From Daphnia carinata (Eukaryota), in contig NC_081333.1 in assembly GCF_022539665.2 (NCBI RefSeq), positions 806,001-870,000 of the forward strand: DNA of 64,000 nucleotides. The letters run 5' to 3'. Position numbers and translations under genes: made by a program. Shown here one piece after another: positions 1 through 14,200 of this stretch (positions are counted from its first letter, which is position 1; the number at the start of each line of letters is the position of its first letter). The notes below the pieces were generated by a model. The model did not search any database and was not told the origin of the DNA. It was given only the letters and a program-made list of their open reading frames with translations.

Positions 1-2295
1 AACGGAAAAGAACACAGAAATGTAGCTGTGAAAGCAGATCACTTTAGAACACAGGATCAGGTATAGATCATCTAAGAGTAGACCTAAAATGCAAAGACAA
101 AAATATTGGGCATAATTGCAGTTTACCAAACACAGTAGCAAAATAAAATAATTGTCAAAGAAAGACATATGCACACTTGGGTTGGCGAATGGATAAGTCT
201 AGCTGATGCAATGTATGGCAATCCGTTTTACCCCCCGCCCCCAAAAAAAAAAAAAAAAAAAACTCGCCTACTTTCTGTTTTACTGCTATCCACCGGTAGA
301 TGGCGATAGCAGTGAAATAGAAAAAAAAGGCCAATATTTTTATTTTTTTTTTGGGTTAAACGGATTGCCATAGTGATATCGCATATGTTTCTCATGACTA
401 AGTTACATGGGACAACGTCTTCAAGTGAAATGCCATCTAGCGGCGTCCACGACCATTTAGCAAATCTAAAATTGGGCCTCATTGCTTTGTCCTCCCTAAC
501 TAAAAACCCTTCCCGAGTGACGTTCTATTCGTTGCTAGGTTACCTGTTAAACCATGTTTTTAGAAGGAAGCTAACCATTTGTGTCCCGAATTGGAAAATA
601 TAAATTTTTGCGTAGTGTAAAGAATGCTTGAAGGTTCGTTTTCCACAACATGTAGCCATCAGTAGTATTCCGTAGGTGACGGTTTTAGCTGACAACTTTA
701 AAAGAGTAAAACAATGGTACTTGCCAAAAAAAAAAAAACCGTTCAACTCTAGTCGCATCACCAATTTATTCTAGAGTTAATGGTAACGTTTAAAATTCGA
801 TCAGCTTTGTTCATGGCTATTATGTTTTCAAATCACTTTCCTTTAATACAGCGCTAATTTACACTGTGACCTATCGCATATGATGTGCTTTTTAGTTATT
901 CTGCTTGAACGACGAGGAACGAAGTTGCAGCATCAGTAAATTTTCACTCAGTAAACTTCAAATGCATGCCAATTGGGCGTTCAAAATCGTCAGACTTTCA
1001 GTGGAATAAAAAATAATTGCTATTGCGGTCATTATGTTAAATAGCAAGGAAGCACAATATTGATCTTTTTTCTCCTTTCAAATAAAACAGTGTTGCCAAA
1101 TTCTATTTTTTAAACCTCTTCAGTTGAGCGCAGTAACTTTGCAAATTGCAATTTGGAAGACGCTAGTTGCAAAATGACCCCATGTTAAAACAGATGCTAT
1201 TTTACGCTGTAGCTGAAATTTCCTAATAAGGACCGAGATTTAACAGTGCAAGAAGTTAACAGAAATTATTGGAAAAGAAAAAAGAAGATTTCCAGCTGCG
1301 TCCATCCATGTCAACAGCACACGAAAAAGCTTCTCTTTTAAACCTATCATAATGTTTTCCAAGTGTCGTCGTAACATGTTCGATATGCTGGTAGTAAATC
1401 TGTAACTACACTTCAACCAAAATACGATAGACAAAACCATTAGTTTTCTTGATGAAAAAAGTATCAAGAAGATTTTTGACACAAATCGTATGGCTTCAAT
1501 GAAAATTCTTAATGCGCATTCGCTGTCTATTTTTTTTTTTCTTTAAACACTTTCATGTCGAACTTAATTCTACATTTGGACATAGGCCTATCAGTTGAAT
1601 CTTTTGTAGATCGTATACTTCGTACTCATCCCAAGTGATCTACTAAAAACATTTTCAATGATACAATCTTTTTTTAACACAGTTCAAGTATCGGTCAGAA
1701 AATACAATTATGGTGGAAAGCCTGGGACGTCGGTCTTTTCTTTTGCCATCGAAATCTACTATCTATTTTCATTCTTATCACATTTTAGCATGAAACATTA
1801 AAGAGAATTAAGTTTCAAGCTAAACGGAAAGTAAGAAAAGTCACTGAACACGTAGCGCATCCATTAAATAACGTGAAATTCTTTTTCATGTGAAATGAAA
1901 TTGACATCTCTTTGACTGTAGTGTTTGGGATGTATGAGCCCACCTCACTTTAATACTCTTTGTCTAGCGCGCCTTTGTCAAGAAATCGAATATGATTTAC
2001 AAAATATATGTATGCGGCTTTTTTTTATCTTACGTTACAGCGGTAGTGATACTAACCTGTTCGCCCCATATTTCGGAGCCAGCGCTACAAAATGGATCTA
2101 TAAATGCACTCTGCCATCGACCCATCCGATGAAAGTTGGTCGTAGCATGCAGCCTAGAGTAAGTCTTCAGTATTTCACCGATGTCGGTCCGCTATGGGTG
2201 TGCTTCTGCATTGTCCCCATTCTGATACAGGACACCTTTCTGCAGGTCCCGTTTTGTGTTCTTGGTTCGGGTTTTGTTTCCAGCAGCCAACAGTA

Positions 2296-5200
2296 ATGTA
2301 CCGTATGCGGACAACGATGAGAGCTACTCATCAGCGACAGGCTGAATGGTTTGTTTTGCTGGCACTTAGCGCAGTATTGATATCCGTAACTGCTTCTGCG
2401 ACTCGCTTGGAAAACGCGACCCTGTCATTACTGGACCAGGGACCTAAAGTGAACGAAGAACTTTTTAGCAAGCCAAAAGCAAACGAAAAGAGAACCAATA
2501 GTGAATTTTCAATCCGTTCGACCGCTAGTAGTGTCTTCGATGATTTGTGTCGTCTCCATAGCAACTTACTCGATGCGCCCCTTACGTTTGAACAGAATCA
2601 AATGGATGGAGGTACACACTCAGCAGCTATCAATATTCTCCACGAAATATTTGACCCATCCTTCGGGTTGGTGCCATATGTCCCCTACACAGGTAAGGCC
2701 AAACTTCTTAGCAAAAAATTCCTTTCAAATTACGAAGCAAAAAAAAATAAATCATTTTTTGTTCTTATTCACGTGACTGGTTGAATCACAGAGAAGCAAT
2801 GCGAACAGCTAACAGAAAGAGGTCATAAAGAAACGGAATATCTGGTTCAATACTTTCATTACGTAGCTCATAGTTGTAATACGTATAGCTGCCTATACAA
2901 GTGTACGTACGAACCTGTTGAACTGCCATTAGTACGATATTATTCAATGAAAGCGAACACAGGTTGCCATGGCACTAGCTGAATAAAGAATAGCTCGCGT
3001 ACATGGCATTGTTGAACAGTGAATATGGTCACGGAACCAAAAACTGGTTTAATGGCAATGAAACATGGAAACAGAAATATGAAATTTCGGTAGCACAATA
3101 ATATGCAGTTCATCAAACGTTTAAACTAACTACAAAATTTATGTTTTATATAGCGACAAACAACAATAAGCTTCATTTATGTATTTGTGTTCATGTGGCC
3201 TTGTCATTTCTTATCCAATCAAACCGTCAGTGCGTTATGTCTCCCCTTCGGTGTCGAGATAATTCAAGCTGTATCAAATGGACGAAACAGATCGGTTCGA
3301 GCTGTGCTTCTTGTCGGAATATTGTCATGGCACATATGGGTCACTGCGAAACGCTTTTACTTGTTAGTCTTTTATGGCTTTTGTATGGCAAAAGATGTAA
3401 GAAAAAAACGTCTCAGAATTTAGCTGCAGAAAAGTACCTGTGTAATGGAATTCCCCTAGTACTATTTGCTAAATAAATATAAAAGGCGATAGCGCTTGGA
3501 TGTAATAGCCAGACGTAGCGTCCCATGAGTAAATGTGGGACTCGTTGTTGCTTATCCAATCACAGTTAATGATTGACCTCAAGAACTTCGGCAATCAATA
3601 ATATAGCGCCAGCGTAAAGCGCCAACAGGAGTGCTCGACCAATTCATTCTTATCGATTCAGAAAACAAAATAGGACATTACGACTGTTGTCGTAAAAAAT
3701 TAAAATTTGCAATTTATTTCCCTCTGGGACCTGTTGCACTTAGATGGATAGAGATCTATCGATTTGCCATGTTTTAGCGTAATTGTTCAGTAGCCCCAAA
3801 AAGATGGATAACAAGGGAGAAAACTAGCGAACTCAATTTTTAACGCAGCATACATTTTGTACAATAACAAAATTCATAACGCAGCTCTCATCCTTCCCTT
3901 ACGGAGCGTCTATTATGCTATTGACCAATGCATGCCAGGGAATTAGAAGGAACTGAATCTCTCACTGATTGTTGCAATGGCAATTGTCTGATATGTGATG
4001 TTCAGCTGGAATTTTTAACTTCCAGTAATTATGTCTGTGAGCAGAGAGTAGGTCAGGCAACGTAGTACTGACTGGTGTTGATGATCCAAACTTTTTAACA
4101 ATTTCATGTTAGTACGTGCTAAGAAAACAGCCAGCTTTGCCTTTGTCGAAGATCGCTATGAATAACTTACAGTGAATGAATTTCAAACTGCGGTATCGTT
4201 GGGTTAATCCACAAAGGGAAATATATAGTTGACCTCAGTAGGTCCTTATTCGTTGGTCAATTTGTTTTTAATAAGCACAGCTACTGTGTATGGTAACCTT
4301 TGTTTTAGGTGTGGAAATGCCATTGGAGTAGTGTAGTGGCAACAGTTATAGAGAAAATGATACAATATTAATAGACTGTATAACACTGAGTTTAAGTATA
4401 AGTAACTAAAAAATTATAAGCCTTATGAAAAAATAAAGTGAATTTTCGTGATCGCCGGTCAATTTTGCATCTAAATCACAGATACTTGTAGCTTTATCTG
4501 AATTTTTAAAAAATAAATGAATGTGCGAAAAAGTCGGGCTTATTTTTGTCGGGCTTATTTTTGTCGGGCTTAAAAATTTTTACTTGGAATTCGAGGAAGC
4601 CTACTCTGTTTTAAGCAACCTGGAATGTTCTATCCGAATACGATATAAGTTTTTCCGTATATTATGTAGTCTTTTTTTAGCAAACAGAATCAAACTGGTT
4701 TTAGTGTAACCACTTTGAATTTGAGTACTTAACTTCAAAAGCTACGTGTTGAATGCAAAAACAAAATGGATTTTCGTCGTTGCCATTCAATTTTCATTAT
4801 AAATCCTGTATGCTTAGCTATACACTTACATTTTTCTGAAAAAACAAACAAACAAAAAAAAACAAACAAAAATTTGAAAGGGAAGTCGCCTGCTCCTGAG
4901 TATAACGTAGAGTAAAATTTATGTGATGACACAAGTTGCTTGTGGATATTAAGAGTCTTATACCAGCGGGGAAAGGGAGGCCCTGTTACAGTTGTGTTTG
5001 AGCTATTTACGTGTTGAGATAAATTGTATTCTTGGTGTAAAAGACACGGACCTGAAATGTTTCCTTAACCGCTTCTGCGCATGCAACAGCTTTGTCCTTC
5101 AACGGAAAACACTATCCTTGATCTCGATTGTTCTTTACCTGTTTCTTTTTTCATTAAAGGAAACCATGGCTACCTTTTACTTTCTATAGCGCACTCAAAC

Positions 5201-8200
5201 AGTTAAGGCATCGGAAATCAATAGATTGCTTAACTCGGTAAATCTTTGATGAACAGGGGCCTTTACTCTTTTGGTGTTTGGCGTAATGCAAGTATAGCTA
5301 TCAGTTGAAGGACGATGGAGCAGGGAAGCATCACTTGCAAGCTATGGCCTATTCTATCGATAGTGAATGGGATTATAATTCAAGCAACGTTACCCAGTAA
5401 ACACTGTATCCCGTGAATTCTCCTCCCAACACCGTCAAGTGACCCATATTCCCTGGGTCTTTATTGGATGTTATTGATTAATAATTACGCTGGCTGCGTC
5501 CAATACAGCCAAAATACACGTCTGAAGCGGCTTTTATTAATGTGATGTTTTGTTTCTATTGATTTTTGTGGGAACTGGCCCCTAATTCCCAACGTGATGT
5601 GCGTTCCTGTATGCCTTAATGCTTTGGGCAAGCAATATGATGTTATTTAAAAGCACCTTTTTATTGATAAGAATTATTTTTTACACGAAAGTGCTCAGTT
5701 AGTCTTTAAAGAATTATTATTATTATTCGAATAATTCCTTTCTTCTTCCATTTGAGACCGCTGTAAAACCACTTGCTCGTGCACTTGTACCGCTTGCTAA
5801 ACCACTTGCATCTCTTTAAAGAACCCTCGACCTATCTGCAATAAAATTGTCCCTTAAAAAACGGAGAGCTTGGTAAACATGCCCTTTCGAGTATGAAGCG
5901 AACTGGTAATTTTCTTAATGGAACATGCTAAATATATTAAAAGAAAATAGTGATTCGCTGGCCAAAACGTTAAGAACATTAGAAGAAACATACAGTTGAC
6001 TTATTTTTAACACTTGGTAGCACTCACGCACTTTGTTGTGAGATTCTTTAGAAAGTTGTTGATGTGTACATTTCTAGGAATCAAAACAAATCTAGTGGCG
6101 TGTAAGGTTGACGATATTGTAAACATGACGTAACATTTTCAACGATTGCTGGGTTTCTTACTTATCTCGCTCGCCCGTCGATCGATCACTAGGGAAAGAT
6201 AGTGTAATGACGCACAAGTTGAAAATATTTCGTGCTTTAAGGAGGTGCTTTCCTAAAACAGTCCTTTCTCGTTTGTACTTTAGCTGTTGGAATCGATGTT
6301 CCTTACCGTTTTCCTTTTATTGTACATGTCTTGTCTCAAATCCACTTTGAAATTTTCAATCTGTTGAATTTTTACGGAGTACGGTGTATGACTTCTCTTA
6401 TTATTTTTTTCTTTTTTTTTCTATTTTAGTTCAAATCACCCTGGATGGATATGAAGGTAGCTATTTGTATGCATTGCAAGCGAACGTTGGAAAGCTGACG
6501 CAAACCAGTCCTCAAGCTACGGCTTCGCGAATGTGTGATCCTTTGAGCGACAATTCTGTTCCTCAATTACTCCAACTGACTTCTGTATTCAACAACATTT
6601 CTTGGATATTCAAATCTACTCCTAAAGTTGAAACAGCTGTAACATTCCGGTAGTGTTCGTTTCGCATAATTGTTTTACATTTATCTGGACGTCACGAGTT
6701 GAATTCCAATTCACTGTCTTGAAAATGAGGGGCAAGATATAGACATTTTCCAGATCTACTTATGCGTGCTTAGATCGATACGTTTCATTGACTAAAAGAA
6801 TGTGATCTTATTTGTTGATGTAATATAGAATTTTAGGGTATTCGACAGTAACTCGTAAAATCTTCAGCCTGGCTGTTCTTAACCACACTGTTATCCCAGG
6901 TAAGCTTAGCGTTATTTATTCACTTTCAATCAGTGGCCGAATGGTTGTTGTATTTGAGAAGACTACTGTATGTTTGATTAATCGTTTCTATTACTATCCG
7001 TTCTTGGAAACTGATAATGCAATCGCCCCGCATTAAGTGTAAAGCCTTTGCAAACCCATGCAAATTTAAAACCTTTCTTCTCTTTACAAGTCAACTTTCT
7101 ATTCTCGTTTACAGGCTGTTACTTGAAATTGCATTCGAGCCGTGGCATAGTGTCGAGTTCGTATTTTCCGCCTCAGTTTGAGAGCACTACCTACGGTGTG
7201 GACCACTCGTCTTCGCCAACATGGGAATGCTTGTTGCTCCTAAACGTTCCTGGTGGGTCTAGCGCTGAACTGACTCTACGGAAACTCAAGCTTCACCGGC
7301 CACACTCGCGTGAATGCCACGAAGACAGCCAACTGCAATTAGCGACGTCAACAAGCTGGGGTCCACGTCAGATGGTTGATGGGAAACAAGCTCACAACTC
7401 GCAACAGCCATCTTGGTCAAACCTAGCTGAAGTTCATCGCTGGCAGGTTGCCCGTACCTTCTGCGGTAAAATCCAGGATTATTCCAAGAGCCTAAGGACA
7501 TGGCAAACTTTCCAACCTTGGGTGTTGATTCGCTATACTAGTAATCAACGTAACCGCCACCACATACGGGGAAGCAACGGTGCTAGTAATAGTTTCTTTG
7601 TGTTCAAGTTTAACATTCTCGAACCTTGCCTGAACGTTTTACTTACGGAACCTTCTAAAACTATCGAATTATCTGATTCGGATTTGGTTGCAAATCCTCA
7701 AGAATGCACTTTCCGTATCCACGTTCCATACGGCTACCAGATAAAACTCTCAGTTCGTTTGCACGACGATGACAGTAGAATTCCACATGAGAATGATCTA
7801 GTAAAGAAGGACGCCGTTGGTGATGAAGAGCTGAGCTACAATTCACTTCTCTTACAAAGTGGCAAATGCCAAATAGCTGTACAAATCGAAGATGTTACAG
7901 GTCATCGAGCCCAATGTTTAAACGACCACCATCCATCTGCCTCCTTCTCTTCGTTGGCCAATTTCTTAAAGTTTCAGGCCGTGGTACTTCGGCCTATGAA
8001 TCAAGGTACGCAATATCCGACGAGCGCTTTTAGTTCTTCCACACATGTGAAAGCCAAATACAAAGTAATTAGTAATAACGTTCTTTGAAGGTGGAGAAGA
8101 GGCAAAGCCATCTAGTAACACTTCATACGGCGAGACGAGGAGTACGCATTCAGCTCTACGCCTAAGGGTCCATTACACCACTGAAGCTGATCCTCGCTTA

Positions 8201-11200
8201 ACAGATGGATGTGGAGAAGGAGTGCTAGTTGACGAGCAAACTTGCGTTTGGTTGCACTCGGAGCCTTTAACGTGGCACGAAGCGGAGGAAAAATGCAGCC
8301 AATTGGCTCCCAACGGTCATCTGGTTGCGATCACAAACTCTGAAATCGAGCAAGTGGTCGACACGTTGATTACAAAAAGGTAAGTAACGAGCTAAAAGTT
8401 CTACATCAGCGCGGGGATGATGACAAAGAGGTATCCTAAAAAGCCATTCGAGGCCTCGATATCGACCAAACGTATGGTTGTCAAACGTATAGCCACCGAA
8501 CTCTGTATGTTTGTCCACTATTCGTCCGTAACGTGACCCGACTTGACGTCTACATTAAGACGTGCAATAGCCTACTTAGACGCACTCCTAGGTTGACATA
8601 AAAAAAATAACAGCGTGGCGATATCGCTTAGGTTTCGTGAATTCAAAGGCATAAGGTACATGGTGTCTGCAGTGAAACCGAATCAATACCGACGGCTTTG
8701 CGACCGTGTGGACAAAAAATAGAAGGAAAAGGCCGCTTTTGTTTATAGCTCACCCGTTTTTCAGGTCGCTGTGTAAAAACGACAGCGACCGGCTGCTCTT
8801 CAATTAAATGGGTTACAACCACTTTGTTTCAAATTTAAAAAAAAAGAAGAAAAGCAAATTTTCTTTCCTTGTTACACCTGCGTAGGCTTACAAGTTACAA
8901 CCAACAATTTCGTTTCTCAAAACTTGCGCGTCCAATACTGCTCGGTAGCTGCTATTGACCAAGTAATGAAACCACATTACCCAACTGAACAACCTACAGC
9001 TTTACGATGGAAGGTAAATATGTTTACGCCCTCTACGCGTCGATATTTCTCATTCTCCGCGCTCACGTACGTACATATACCGTCGGGATGAGAAACTAGG
9101 CAGGATAGGATATCAATTTCTCAGATGGGAAAGAAGGCAGGTGGTACATAAAACCGTATTCATCACTGTCTATATACTGGATGAAAGATATTTCTTTCAA
9201 AATAAACAAGCCACTATCCCGTATAACGATATCCGCCCACCACTAGACCAATACGGGCAAATTACTCGAATTTCTTCCGACATAAAAAAGGAACTTCTCG
9301 CAGTTTCACGTAAACATTTCTCTTTGATGCCATACGTTGGTACGAAATCAAATTAGGAATGTTTTTCTGTTGCAAGAGAATGGCATATTTTTTTCGTTTG
9401 GTTGTGCAAGTGTTTCTTTTTGTGTGTATCCTGATGATATAAAACATCGTATTGGTTCACTACGCACGTTGCGATAAGTGGTTACAGTGGGATACATAAA
9501 AGAAGGCTGTCTCGTCCTTATTTTTCTGGGATCTCTCAAGGCTCTAAAAACAATTTTTTTTTTTTATATATTTAATCCCAGTGCATACAGTACGATCTCC
9601 AATAACTGTGTTTCTTATGCCAGTGTTTTGGTAGGAAAATTCCAAACAAACAACTATGTTGCGGATATGATTGCTGATTGGCTGATAACGATGAATTTGT
9701 TTAGAGTTCATTGAATTTTTGTTCTGCGGTCCTGTTTCTATATTTAACATTTCCATATGTTTGGAAACAAAATTCACCGTAGTGGTGAAACACTAAAGCA
9801 CATAGAACAAGCCCCAATCTATGCCGTCGAGACGCTTAGAACCCTTTGAGTGTCTGTAATTTTGGGTACGCTTGTAGCCACCCTGTCGGTTCACGTATGC
9901 ATTTTGCAACAAGTCTTAGGCTCTCATCTTTAAGCACACTCCCGACACACACATTTGTGCAAAGGTTTTGATAGCATTTATTCACTTGTTATGCAAAGAG
10001 AGACCCTGAACTTTTTGTCCTTTACTGATCCTGGTTAAGCGGGCGCCGTGTAGCTCTCTATGATCAATAAAAGCTTAAGGATGGAGCGAATAGGGCAAGA
10101 CAAAAAGGTGTATAGGGTTTGAAGCATGAGTTTTTAGCTGAACGAATAGAAATCTGATTAGAGGGCAACTGAATTAGACAGCCCGAGCGCAAAGTACGAA
10201 CGCATAATGAGAAAAACCGCGAATGTTTCGTTTGGGATTTAAGTTTGTGGTTACACAAGATTTTGCCGCACCGATACTTTGTTCTCAGACCCGTCGCCAA
10301 TTAGTATAGGATTCAATTCTAATTCGTATAACACAGGAAGCACATCAACGAGCGAAAGCAACTAAACAACGTCACTGAAAAAAAGTCCACACCTGCATGT
10401 TCTTTAACATAGTTGTTTTAAGCACGAATCCAAATTATACCGTTGAACCGTCCTTTAAGCGCGAGTCATAACATCGGTTTATCCGCTTCTTTGAATTGCA
10501 TCAAAAACGAATGTGATAACGAGATCTAAGGCGAAAAGGCTTTTCTGCGAAGTCATCACATGAGAAGAGGGTATGAGATCTAACAAAAGCTAACTTTCCA
10601 CGCTTCTCTCCTTTACAGTGTGGACTATGAGCCTGAAAAAAGTTACTGGATTGGTGGATCCGACCAAAAACAAGAAACGGTGTTCGAATGGAGTAGTGGT
10701 GCAACATTCAACTATACTAGTAAGTTACCTATACCGTGCACGTTTTTGTTACAACGGCTATTCTTTTTTTTTTTTTACTTAATCTCCGTAGAGATAGTAT
10801 GTGTAATTTAGAACTAGTTTATAGACCTTATACTTACAGAGGATAGCAATGAACGCATGCCCAAAAAGTTCCATCATCTTTCCTAATTCGTACAGCGTAA
10901 GAGATGTCTTAGAGAAGTTATTCTATGGCGCTATACATGATCCAGCCTTTTTCACGATAGAACTACTTGTACGTTTAACGTTGTCGTATAAGATGAAAGG
11001 TCGGCCATACGTCACTGAAGTTTGTAATTTGGTACGATAAAATTCGCCGCGCATTATTCGCCTGCAAGCATAATGAGAGCGTGGTATAATGATTACAGGC
11101 TCATAGTTTACTGCTACTTCACACAAGCTCTCAAAGGCCTTTACGATTTCATTTCTCCTTGATCTTGGAGGCCTATTAAAACTTTGATACGAAAACCGTG

Positions 11201-14200
11201 GCACTAAGTGCACGGCAATCGGCGAGAAACCCAAATCGGCTTATGCAAACCTTCGGTAATCACGTAGCGCCCCTTTAACATGCAAAACAAATCGATCGCT
11301 GTTCAATACAAAATTCGCCATTTCGCTCTTCTAGCGCCAATACCAACGCAAGCTTTCCATTGGTGACTTGAAAACACGCATGGCATAAAATTATTCAACT
11401 AGTTTGCATTTTACCCAGACGTGTAATGTAATATACTGTACACGTACTTTCGTTGGCGAAATTGAATTCCGCCTCAATGTTTCGGTAGAATAACTACGTT
11501 AAGTTAATTTTATGGTTGAGCGGTTTTTTTCTTCAACTTTTATATCTACTTGCTGCTACTAGAATGGTTTCCCGGTTGGCCTGTGTATCAACTATACAAC
11601 GCCCAGCCCAGTGACGATGGTATCTCTAACCAAGATTGCGTCGAAATTCGTCAAAGCTTTGGACAGCCAGGACAAAGCGAATCGCTGGCTAGCGGCTTCT
11701 ATTGGAATGATCGAGATTGTTCTGTTGGAAATCCCTTTGTCTGCCAGAAACCTAGACACAATGGTAGATCATTTTCTTCGATTTTGATTTCGTGTGTTGG
11801 CTCGAACTGGTTTTAAAAATGAGAGCTACTGTCATTTCTGTCAATTTGTATGACTGACCTTTTTTTTGTGTTTTCGAGATGACTCCAATGCAGTTACATT
11901 CGGGGAGTTTAAAGACGTCATGAATTGTAATCGTACTGAAGAGCTGAATCGGTTACGAACGTCGACTGTTGTACAAAGCCCATTCTTTCCTCGACCCTAC
12001 CCAAATACCGTCACTTGCATCGTGGATTTAAGTGCGCCACCTGGTTTCAAAATTGTCCTGAATTTCGACTTTTTTGATTTGGAAGAGGAGGAAGAGTAAG
12101 TGCCGTTACAGATATTCTTTATGTCTTCTCGAATCGCTGGCATTTTGCTAAATATGTGACAAAACACAATGTACATTATAAAATCAAAGGTATTTTCTAA
12201 ACCAAATTAGGTGTTCTTTTGTCTAATGGCTGTCTATTGTCTGTAATGTTTGCCATTTTCCGGTCTAACACAGACGCGTTGCTGGGTGCTCTACACGTTC
12301 GCCCGTACGTCGCTCGCGAGACGTGTACGATGGATTATTGGCGACCGCTACATTATAGATAGACACTAGACAGTACTAATATTAATTTGGTACATTATTT
12401 TAAAAAACGCAATAATGCTCATCGTGTATTTTTTATATTTGTTAAACTACAAAAGAGGAGAAAAAAAATGGAGCTATCTTATATTCTTTCTTCTTGACAG
12501 TAACATAGTAGTAGCATAAAACTTGCACAGGAATAAAACTTTGTCTTGCGTTGGTTGCTGTGGTCGATAACACTAACTGAAGGGGATTGAAAAATCGACT
12601 CGGCTGTTTGACTGCAGAGAGGGCAAAAAGAAGCTTACAGCAGCATTCTGCATGTGGTCTGAAATGCGGTAAAATAACAACGTTGAATATAGCGAAGGCC
12701 CATGACATGGGAATTGGATAGTCAGATAAATAACAAGAGAATATTGAAGCTGCAAAAGCCTAGGGCAGAAAAGGAAAAAACTGGTGAACGAAATGAAAAC
12801 AATGGCGAGCAAAAACGTTTCAGAATTATTGCAATTACATAACAAAAACATAAAAAGAATGGTGGTGTGAATTTGTCGCTGCTCTTGAAATGAAGCAGAG
12901 TTCATCGAACCCTATTTTTCATACTAAATCTATTCCTTCCCGAAAGACCTCTAAACTACCGTTTCTCCTATTTGTCATCATTCCACGTGTGAAACACGAG
13001 CAAGTTTCCTATCTACGTCCCAGTTTCACTCGGCAGAAATTGAGGCTATCATGAGGTTTCGACAGACTTCCGTAAAACCTTACATCTTCCTTTTCACCCT
13101 AAACGTCACAGCTACCATTAGACCACAAAAAGATTAGACCAGAAAAAGCGCCATAACGTCATCTTTCACCTTCCATTGGTAGAAATGACGCAAACAAAAG
13201 ATAGTCATCTTCGTCGTGAACAAGATTGTCACATTCTTTTCAGAAAAGGCAGAGGTTCTGTATCGGAATCTAATTTTGCCGGAATATTGTCAGTACATAG
13301 TGCGCTTCAAAGCGTTTATTGTACAGTATAGCCAATGGGTAACCTTTTCGCTGAATAGCGTTAGCAATCCGTTCTTTATCAAATATCTTGAAGTTAGGAG
13401 TCGATACCTGTATGCGACCACTGACGTTTTTTTTTTTCTATTTTTGGTAGCTGCAACTACGACGTTTTGGAACTGCAAAATTTGGACCAACTATCGATTT
13501 TCGGTGAACGTAAGGATGCTCGCACAACGCCCTGGCGACGGTGCGGGAATTGGAATTCACGATTAAAACTTTTGCAGTGGAAAAGCAACGGAAATCAAGC
13601 GCGAATCAAGTACTATAAAAGTCTACCTTTTATATAACTGAGGCTGCTCATTTAAATATTTATTCAATTTCATTTTAAAAGGTTTTCGTCAGACAGTTCT
13701 TACAATAGCAACGGTTTTCAACTGAGAGCAAGTATAGAACGAGGTACGGTACAAATGGCATTATTGCGTTATTAACATAAGTGTTACAGTTGATTGGATT
13801 GCATTTAAAAAATTCAATTTTTTTTATGCGCTGTAAAGCTGATCTAAATTGCCCCGAAGTGGGTTCCATTTTTCATCACGGACGTTGCTATTTGATTGCG
13901 CCGTACCCGGAAATTAGCTGGTTTGAGGCAAACGAAATGTGTCGCAGTATGCAGGTAAACTTTCGTTTTCCAGCCATTCCATTATTATGTTACAGAGAGA
14001 TGGTGTGCTCATGGAATTCGACCGAAACACCTTAGAACATGAAATGTGTCGAATAATGCTAATGATATTATGACGCGCACGTCTGACTCTATCATCCTAT
14101 TGCAATACGACGTCTTGTTTAATCAATGTAGGCCGGGCTAGTGCTATCCGACAGCAATGGCGAGGAAATACGATTTTTATTAGATCAGATAAATTCCAAT

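Noticed and set aside
1240..1482. Minus-strand ORF or exon-like segment upstream of gene 1
   Set aside because: No recognisable domain and no linked exons.
4533..4572. CRISPR-like repeat
   Set aside because: Contiguous tandem copies without spacers, in a eukaryotic intron.
12560..12910. Purine-rich, coding-like stretch in intron 8 of gene 1 (possible TE or pseudogene relic)
   Set aside because: Multiple stops; no recognisable transposase or RT motif and no terminal repeats.
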